NCBI GenBank assembly: GCA_017610205.1
Contig: JAFCCL010000001.1
Location: 1-26,778, forward strand
From: Candidatus Iainarchaeum sp.
GTDB taxonomy: Archaea > Iainarchaeota > Iainarchaeia > Iainarchaeales > GCA-2688035
DNA length: 26,778 nt
Direction of reading: 5' to 3'
The notes under the pieces: model-generated
Told to the model about the DNA's origin: nothing
Seen by the model: only the letters and a program-made list of their open reading frames with translations
The model's database searches: none
Made by a program: the position numbers and the translations under genes
In this document: piece by piece, positions 21,701-26,778 of the stretch
Layout of the letters: each line of letters starts with the position of its first letter
Position numbering within the stretch: position 1 is the stretch's first letter

Positions 21701-24474
21701 TGGTAGACTGCATTGTAGCCGTTTGCCCAGACTGCTGCGTTTTGGTTTCCGTCTGGTACGCATTCGTTTCCGTATTTCATTGTAATATAGTCAGTGGTAC
21801 TGCCAGATGGAATGTTTGGAATTCTAACCCAGATGATGCTGTCTGCGTTTGTGTTCCAGTCTTCAATTTCATACATTAAAACATTTTCGTCGTGGTCAAA
21901 GAATCTTAAGTCTCCTCCGTTGCTTTTTCCAACATTTGAATAATCAATTATGTCGGAATTAAGCCTGACCATTACTGGGAAGTTGTTTAAGTCTTCTGTT
22001 TGGAATGAATTGTCAAATGTAAGTCTTAAACTGTATGGCCAGCTTCCAACGCACCATATGTTAAAGTCGTTTGCTCCTGCGTTGAAGTCTGAGGCATATT
22101 TGTCGTTTACTGTTGTAAGAATGTAGTAGTTTCCTGCTTCCATTGCTGATATGTTCCAGGAATATTTGCATTCTTGTGCTGTGCTTAGTGTGTTTGAGTC
22201 GCATTTTAGTGTTGCAAGGTTTACGTCGTTTATTATTGCTGTTCCTGTTCCCTGTGTTTTTTCTGTTGAATAGTTTATGTCTATGTTTAAGTCAAATGTT
22301 GTTGTGTCTAGATCCTGTATGGATATGTTTATGTCTATTGTTGAAATATCTCCCTTATCAAATGTTTCGCCATTCATTGGGTATAGGACATTGGCATCTG
22401 GTGTGGCTGCAGAACTTGTTATAACAAAGTTTCCTCCTGCATTAAAGTCTGTGTTGGTTCCGTCACTGGCGGTTGCAAGAATATAATAAGTGCCTGTTGC
22501 AACTGATGATATGTCCCAAGTATATTTGCATTGTTGTGGTGTTGTTAGGTTGTTTGAGTCGCATTTTAGTGTTGCCACATTTACATCTGTAATAATTGCT
22601 GTTCCGCTGCCCTCTGTTTGTGTTGTTGAATATCGCAGGCTTAGGGTCATGTCAAACGTGTTTGTGTCATCGTCCTGTAATGAAACGTTTATGTCAATTG
22701 TTGAAACGCTGACTATGTCAAAGCTTTCTCCTTTTACAGGGTATACTACATTTGCATCAGGTATTTTTCCTGTCTTAAGTATAAATTGGTATATTCCGCT
22801 TGTGCTGTTGTTGTCTGCATCGTTTGCGTTTACATCCCAGTAATATGTGTCATAATCCAGTTGGTAGTAGTTTGCTATTTCGTCTGCTGTAAGTGCTTTG
22901 TTAATTATTGCGATTTCATCAATATATCCTTTAAATCCTCCGTCTGATGCTCCTGTATCTTGCCTGAATGCTGTTCCAATTCCTACTTTTTGTGCACTGC
23001 TTTGCGTTCCTTTTCCTGCTATTGTTTTTAGTCCGTCTTGAATTCCGTTTAAGTATATTTTGAATGTGCCTTCTGGTGTATCGCTTGATTTGAATACTGC
23101 TGCAAAGTGGTACATTTTATTTGTTTGAATAGCTGTTGAGCCGCAAACTGGGTCGTTTCCGCTGTTGTTATCGTATTCCATGTCTGCACAAACGTAGTTT
23201 GTGGTTTCTTGAATGCCTGTAAAGAAGGCAATGTCCCTGTTGGCTGCTTCGGCTTCTCCTTTCCCTTTTGTCACAAGGGGATAGACTGTTACGCCTCCTG
23301 TTCCACTGTTTACTGTGTCTCCGGTTCCAGTCATGTTGAACCAACCCATTATTGTCCAGTCTATCATATCAAAGTCGTCGCTGTCTGCTATTTCAAAGTA
23401 GTCGTTGCTTGCCGTTGGAGAACCGCCATCAAAGTAGAAGGCTGATGCGAATTTTCCCCCCACTGCATTAAAATCCGGACAGTTTCCTGCACTTGGGCAT
23501 GTTGCTGTGTTGCTGTTTCCTGAAAAGTCTCTAACAGATGTTGCAGTTTCATCATACGCTGCCCTTTTATCAAAGTGGTATAATGCCATTGTGTTCACAT
23601 CTGGTTGCACTACTGGAGCGTTCCAATTGTAGTCAATTTCGACATTGTTGTCAGATGTTTTTAAATAATAAAGAAGTGATGTGTTTAGGTCTAACTGGCT
23701 TGTTGAGCCAAAAATGAAAATGTTCATGTCATCGCCTTCAGCGTCGCCTATGTTTACGTCTAATGGCATGAAATAATTTGAGGATGTTGCATTGTTTGCA
23801 GGTGAAATAATATTAATGTCGGGTTCGTTGTTACTGTTTGTTATTGTGAATGTTCCTGTTCCTGCGTTGAAGTCTGTTCTGCCTCCGTCATTTATTTCTG
23901 TTAGTATATAATATGTTCCATTTGAAACGCCTGTTATTATCCATGTGTATTTGCATTGTTGTGGTGTTGTTAGGTTGTTTGAGTCGCATTTTAGTGTTGC
24001 TAGGTTTACATCGTTTATGATGTTTGTTCCTGTTCCTTGTGTTTGGCTTGAGGAATAGTTTATGTCTATTGTCATGTCGAATGTGTTTGTGTCTGGGTCT
24101 TGTATTGATATGTTGATGTCTATTGTTGAAACGCTTGCTTTGTCAAAGCTTTGTTCGCTTACTGGGTATAGGACGTTTGCATCAGGGCTGTATTTTGGTG
24201 TACTGTCCCAGATGTTAAAGTCTCCTGTTCCTGCGTTGAAGTCTGTGTTTGAGCCATCGCTTATTTCTGTTAATATGTAATAGTTTCCGTCCTGAACTAA
24301 GTCAATGTTCCATGTGTATTTGCATTCTTGTGCTGTGCTTAGTGTGTTTGAGTCGCATTTTAGTGTTGCAAGGTTTACATCGTTTATGATGTTTGTTCCT
24401 GTTCCTTGTGTTTGGCTTGATGAGTAGTTTATGTCTATTGTCATGTCAAATGTGTTTGGTTGAAATGTTTGCAT
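18739..24474 (-). CDS. Giant surface protein 2, C-terminal part: Ig-like repeats, LamG, DUF2341+LamG, three ~91-aa repeats, Cys-rich region, TM anchor
   Basis: 1911-aa ORF without a signal peptide that begins mid-repeat, so it is the frameshifted continuation of 24446-26778. LamG at ~22870-23600 and ~21060-21730; DUF2341 (NFPVMVRL...DLRF...YEIEDWN...IWVRIP) at ~21770-22040; C-terminal TM plus RKWKRKR. Confidence 0.88.
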   Translation of the reverse strand: MQTFQPNTFDMTIDINYSSSQTQGTGTNIINDVNLATLKCDSNTLSTAQECKYTWNIDLVQDGNYYILTEISDGSNTDFNAGTGDFNIWDSTPKYSPDANVLYPVSEQSFDKASVSTIDINISIQDPDTNTFDMTIDINYSSSQTQGTGTNIINDVNLATLKCDSNNLTTPQQCKYTWIITGVSNGTYYILTEINDGGRTDFNAGTGTFTITNSNNEPDINIISPANNATSSNYFMPLDVNIGDAEGDDMNIFIFGSTSQLDLNTSLLYYLKTSDNNVEIDYNWNAPVVQPDVNTMALYHFDKRAAYDETATSVRDFSGNSNTATCPSAGNCPDFNAVGGKFASAFYFDGGSPTASNDYFEIADSDDFDMIDWTIMGWFNMTGTGDTVNSGTGGVTVYPLVTKGKGEAEAANRDIAFFTGIQETTNYVCADMEYDNNSGNDPVCGSTAIQTNKMYHFAAVFKSSDTPEGTFKIYLNGIQDGLKTIAGKGTQSSAQKVGIGTAFRQDTGASDGGFKGYIDEIAIINKALTADEIANYYQLDYDTYYWDVNANDADNNSTSGIYQFILKTGKIPDANVVYPVKGESFDIVSVSTIDINVSLQDDDTNTFDMTLSLRYSTTQTEGSGTAIITDVNVATLKCDSNNLTTPQQCKYTWDISSVATGTYYILATASDGTNTDFNAGGNFVITSSAATPDANVLYPMNGETFDKGDISTIDINISIQDLDTTTFDLNIDINYSTEKTQGTGTAIINDVNLATLKCDSNTLSTAQECKYSWNISAMEAGNYYILTTVNDKYASDFNAGANDFNIWCVGSWPYSLRLTFDNSFQTEDLNNFPVMVRLNSDIIDYSNVGKSNGGDLRFFDHDENVLMYEIEDWNTNADSIIWVRIPNIPSGSTTDYITMKYGNECVPDGNQNAAVWANGYNAVYHFAETSGYYLDSTENNNDANTASIQVTSRTNKDVNGLGYYPEFGGIPSADHIIVPNSTSLNAAAADFTIMCRTNAPTDATLADTDFMRKGSTNTAPPTNTWWKLEWGDAITTNSLHLNIHDGSGDDHTNYTKAPDGLWHDVWGTRDVTNTLGVLWLDGISVATDASTRITDLANSANMGIGSKDTGDDDHFDGFLDECRVESVLRSSSWIRAQHYSMDGNFISFSYLPDANIWQIDGYDLNATMPSFSYSTDGNLSVKFWASDADNHDLNFNMWYDTSANGKTNKIIGDINLSTDTEHGNCDTNSKITGMVCSWDWNIFAITNNNYWVTIEINDGIDSNTATTQKSFMVDNVGPTTINNADGNNTWQNTDANIQFSCTDGAGSGCKNFYYSVNDANAQLSWNKEDVNIGIVLNTDGNHSIWYWSDDTTDNNENAHLVYLAIDKDPPTTIDNVDGNNVWQKVDANIQFSCTDEEGSGCKNFYYSIDDTNYQTGWGTDLNRGITLTTDGNHEIFYWSDDTTDNNENAHLVYLAIDKDPPTTIDNVDGNNVWQKVDANIQFSCTDTLSGCKNMYYSLDDVNYQKGWGADLNRGISLTTDGNHEIWYWSDNTSDNNETSKLVYLAIDKTAPTITISSPTTGSSQTSTTVSLVYTGTDATSGIAAYYIKADSGSWISNSANTSYTFSSQSAGSHTYCAKAEDNASNSAEICTNTTLSLGVPWGIMGVGPQARAIETKQLLGLVNWFVLLADPGIPILDQTEKQIELQQKRFATANELTIKRNIKSFALMTTRGITGYKNAIIIEVENIGIKALKGVEILEAIPKEMVENAALVESGSDFSIMEADPTILRFFLGDIQPGKMKSVEYSFERSFEKGEMTAEMFNAMQAPTVLVQLQSEDKCMGVLCNDFDTCTRDYCVEGKCTYAAMKEEAKCGTGKVCRQGKCVPIKPVEGVIAIATKADTIAIILLVGAITLGLTAQITTRKWKRKRGKTV
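19830..20655 (-). repeat. Three tandem ~273-bp Ig-like repeats (DANIQFSCTD...GCKN.YYS...DGNH.I.YWSD)
   Basis: Near-identical DNA blocks, e.g. 20016-20166 vs 20289-20439; also shared with 50-312 in giant 1. Confidence 0.9.
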
Positions 24475-25930
24475 TGTTAAATTCTTGACTTATTGGGTAT
24501 AATACATTTGCATCAGGGCCTGCGCTTGCCAGGTTAATTTCAAAGCTGGCGTCGCTTGAATCTGTTCTGTAGTTTTTTGAGGTGTCGGAGACGTTTGCAT
24601 CAATGAAATAGGAACCGTCATCAACAAAGTTTGTGTTTCCATCTGCTGCAATCATGTCATACATGTCTTTGACTTCGGTTGCTGTCAGACCCCTGTCCAA
24701 AATAAATGCTTCGTCTACAAGGCCTGTTATTCCCTGGGCACCAGCTAGGTTTTCACAAACTGTTAGATTGTAGGTTGAGTTGTAATTTGCCGGAATTGGG
24801 TCTACTTGGCATGTGTCGTCATATCCGTCAACATACATTCTTGAAGTGCCTGAAATTCTTGTTGTTACTACAAAATGCCATGCATTGTCCCTGATATTTG
24901 TGTAACCGCATATTCTTTGAGCTCCGCTCACATCATCCTTTGCATATAATACTGGCCCTACATCACAGGCTGCCAAATCACAGCCTGAATCATATCCTCT
25001 TAATCCCCATCTTGGAGTGTTTGCTCCATACTGGCCAAATATCTGGCCTTTGTCTTCAGAAGAGCTTAATTTTGTCCACACTCCTATTGTATAGTCTCCG
25101 TTAAAGACATCAATGCTGTCATCATCGGTTACTGTTACTACATTGTTAACGCCATCACATTCTATTGCCCTGTTTCTTTTTCCAGCAACTCCTATCTCGC
25201 TTACAGCAAAACCTGACATGGCTCCGTCATTATAGTATGGACTGAAGTCTTTTCCATCAATGTCAAATGGCAGATACAAAACAAGTTCGTTGTCTTTTGT
25301 TGGTATTGATTCTTGGTATACATTCCAGTCAAAGGTGCAGTTTGTGCTGTTAGTCCAGTCAGTGTCATCGCAGGTTAATCCTGCATAGTTAGCATAGTCG
25401 TTTAGGTTAAGGTCGGCTATAAGGTAGTTAAAGTCTCCTGAGGAATCAGAGTAATAAAGAGCAGCCCTTAACTCTTCTGCACTAGTTGTATCGGAAACAT
25501 TGAAGTCAATAGCGTAGGTTTCTGAACTGATTATTTCACCGCCATTTGGGTCATTAACGTTAACGTCTGATGCGCTGTTGTTGATTATTGTAAAGCTGCC
25601 TGTTCCTGCATTGAAATCTGTGGTGTTACCGTCGTTTACTTTTGCAAGGATGTAGTAGTTTCCGTCTGTAACTGAGTCAATGTTCCAGGTGTATTTGCAT
25701 TGTTGTGGTGTTTTTAGGTCATTTCCATCGCATGTTAGGCTGTATAGCATGTTTTTGTTGATTATTACTGTTCCTGTTCCTTCTGTCTGGCTTGTTGAAT
25801 AGTTTAGGTCAATAATCATATTGTATGTGTTTGTGTCACTGTCTTGCACTGCTATGTTAATGTCTATTGTTGAAACTGTTTTTTTGTCAAACATTTCTCC
25901 GTTTTTTGGGTAGCTTACGTTTACATCTGG
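22055..25930 (-). repeat. Five ~120-aa Ig-like scaffold repeats (PDANVLYP...IDINYS..QT.GTG...CD.N.L.T.Q.CKY.W.I...G.YYIL...DFNAG)
   Basis: Copies at approximately 22055-22405, 22420-22765, 23845-24190, 24210-24520 and 25590-25930, with high DNA identity. Confidence 0.88.
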
Positions 25931-26778
25931 TGTTCTTTTCGTGTATGTTATTGTGAATGTTCCTGTTCCTGCATTAAAGTCTGTGTTACTTCCATCGTTT
26001 ACTTCTGTTAGTATGTAGTATGTTCCGTTTGGTTTTATGAGTTTTTGGTAGTCGTCTGGTTCTCCTACTATAAACATTGATTCCATGTCTGGTGAGAATG
26101 AGAGTCCTTCTGGTTGGCTGAATATTGTTGTGTTTACTGCCATTGTGCTTACAAGTGTGCCATCTAATTCTACTTCGTAGATTGTGTTATTTTCTTCTCC
26201 TAGTAAAAATAGGTTTTGTGTTCTTCTGTCAAAATAAACAGCCCCCAGGTCTGTGTTTCCTTCTGCACTTAGTGTTGTTTCAATGTCTGTTAGTTCTTCT
26301 GAGCTGCCATCCCAGTTTAATATGAAGACTCTTCCTCCGTCTCCTCCTCCTGCTTGTTTTTCTGTTACGACATAGAATATGTTTCTGTCAATGTTGTAGC
26401 TTACTCCTTCCATTCCTTTGTTGTCTGTTATTTCAAAGTCTGGTGTTATGATTATTCCGTTGTTTTTGTTTAGTGAGGTTGTGTTTGGTTCGATTTTTAT
26501 TACGATTAGTGTTGGGTCTGCTATTCTTTCCTGGCATATTGCAAATGTGTTGCCATACATCCATACAATTCCTTCTGTGTCGGTAAAGTTGGTTGCTGTA
26601 ATTGTTCTCAGGTGTGTGCCTTGTACTGTGTATTCGTAGATCATGGTTTCGTTTGCGATGGCAAATATTGTGTTTGTAATAGGGCTGTATGTAACTCCTG
26701 ATATGTCTGCTGTTGCTACTGGGAGGTCGTTTGTGTATAATTCGCTTTCATAATTGTCTAGTGAAAAAAGGCCCCAGG
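24446..26778 (-). CDS. Giant surface protein 2, upstream part (5'-partial): SdiA-regulated/YjiK-like beta-propeller, Ig-like repeat, LamG
   Basis: The frame stays open past ATG 26644 to the window edge (WGLFSLDNYESELYTNDLPVATADISGVTYSPITNTIFAI...). DTEGI, NKGMEGVSY, QPEGLSF...IVGEP are typical of the SdiA-regulated domain; LamG at ~24650-25290. Ends prematurely at the deletion near 24458. Confidence 0.85.
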   Translation of the reverse strand, partial: WGLFSLDNYESELYTNDLPVATADISGVTYSPITNTIFAIANETMIYEYTVQGTHLRTITATNFTDTEGIVWMYGNTFAICQERIADPTLIVIKIEPNTTSLNKNNGIIITPDFEITDNKGMEGVSYNIDRNIFYVVTEKQAGGGDGGRVFILNWDGSSEELTDIETTLSAEGNTDLGAVYFDRRTQNLFLLGEENNTIYEVELDGTLVSTMAVNTTIFSQPEGLSFSPDMESMFIVGEPDDYQKLIKPNGTYYILTEVNDGSNTDFNAGTGTFTITYTKRTPDVNVSYPKNGEMFDKKTVSTIDINIAVQDSDTNTYNMIIDLNYSTSQTEGTGTVIINKNMLYSLTCDGNDLKTPQQCKYTWNIDSVTDGNYYILAKVNDGNTTDFNAGTGSFTIINNSASDVNVNDPNGGEIISSETYAIDFNVSDTTSAEELRAALYYSDSSGDFNYLIADLNLNDYANYAGLTCDDTDWTNSTNCTFDWNVYQESIPTKDNELVLYLPFDIDGKDFSPYYNDGAMSGFAVSEIGVAGKRNRAIECDGVNNVVTVTDDDSIDVFNGDYTIGVWTKLSSSEDKGQIFGQYGANTPRWGLRGYDSGCDLAACDVGPVLYAKDDVSGAQRICGYTNIRDNAWHFVVTTRISGTSRMYVDGYDDTCQVDPIPANYNSTYNLTVCENLAGAQGITGLVDEAFILDRGLTATEVKDMYDMIAADGNTNFVDDGSYFIDANVSDTSKNYRTDSSDASFEINLASAGPDANVLYPISQEFNNANISTKHI

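Noticed and set aside
24446-24474. Programmed ribosomal frameshift or genuine two-gene split with ATG 24474
   Set aside because: Comparison with sibling repeats shows missing sequence (35 nt) rather than a slippery site, and the downstream ORF has no signal peptide.
124-26639. Numerous plus-strand ORFs of 60-170 aa in the track
   Set aside because: Most are antisense shadows of the minus-strand genes, caused by T/G skew (F/L/V/C-rich, no motifs); the rest are low-complexity intergenic frames.
1-26778. Diversity-generating retroelement as the cause of LamG variability
   Set aside because: No reverse transcriptase or Avd-like gene in the window. Mismatches between repeat copies are not adenine-specific, and cores differ in length and at all bases. 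An RT elsewhere in the genome cannot be excluded.
1-26778. tRNA, rRNA or alternative genetic code
   Set aside because: No RNA gene signatures seen; long ORFs read cleanly with the standard stop codons.

Overview
Archaeal DNA, most likely a DPANN lineage (Diapherotrites/Iainarchaeota is my inference from the class III pilin motif, leaderless TATA promoters and D-x-N-rich surface proteins). All credible genes are on the minus strand. Two giant surface-protein genes flank a roughly 8 kb accessory block. Giant 1 (10341 to <1, >3440 aa) is missing from the ORF track because it runs off the window. It carries ten LamG/ConA-like domains arranged as a tandemly duplicated five-domain block. Giant 2 (>26778 to 18739) has an SdiA-regulated propeller, Ig-like repeats, three LamG domains, DUF2341, a Cys-rich region and a TM anchor, and is split by an approximately 35-bp deletion. 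The accessory block holds a stand-alone anchor protein, two COG1373 AAA+ ATPases, an AbiEi/AbiEii type IV TA pair, a type IV pilin-like protein with a LamG tip and an IS1-like Zn-ribbon/PD-(D/E)XK nuclease. These units are separated by two families of non-coding direct repeats. The most striking signal is in the LamG domains of giant 1 and the pilin: they have near-identical DNA frameworks but unrelated, compositionally foreign 350-450 bp cores, each ending at a shared C-rich junction motif. This looks like a cassette-swap adhesin diversification system; no reverse transcriptase or site-specific recombinase is visible in the window.
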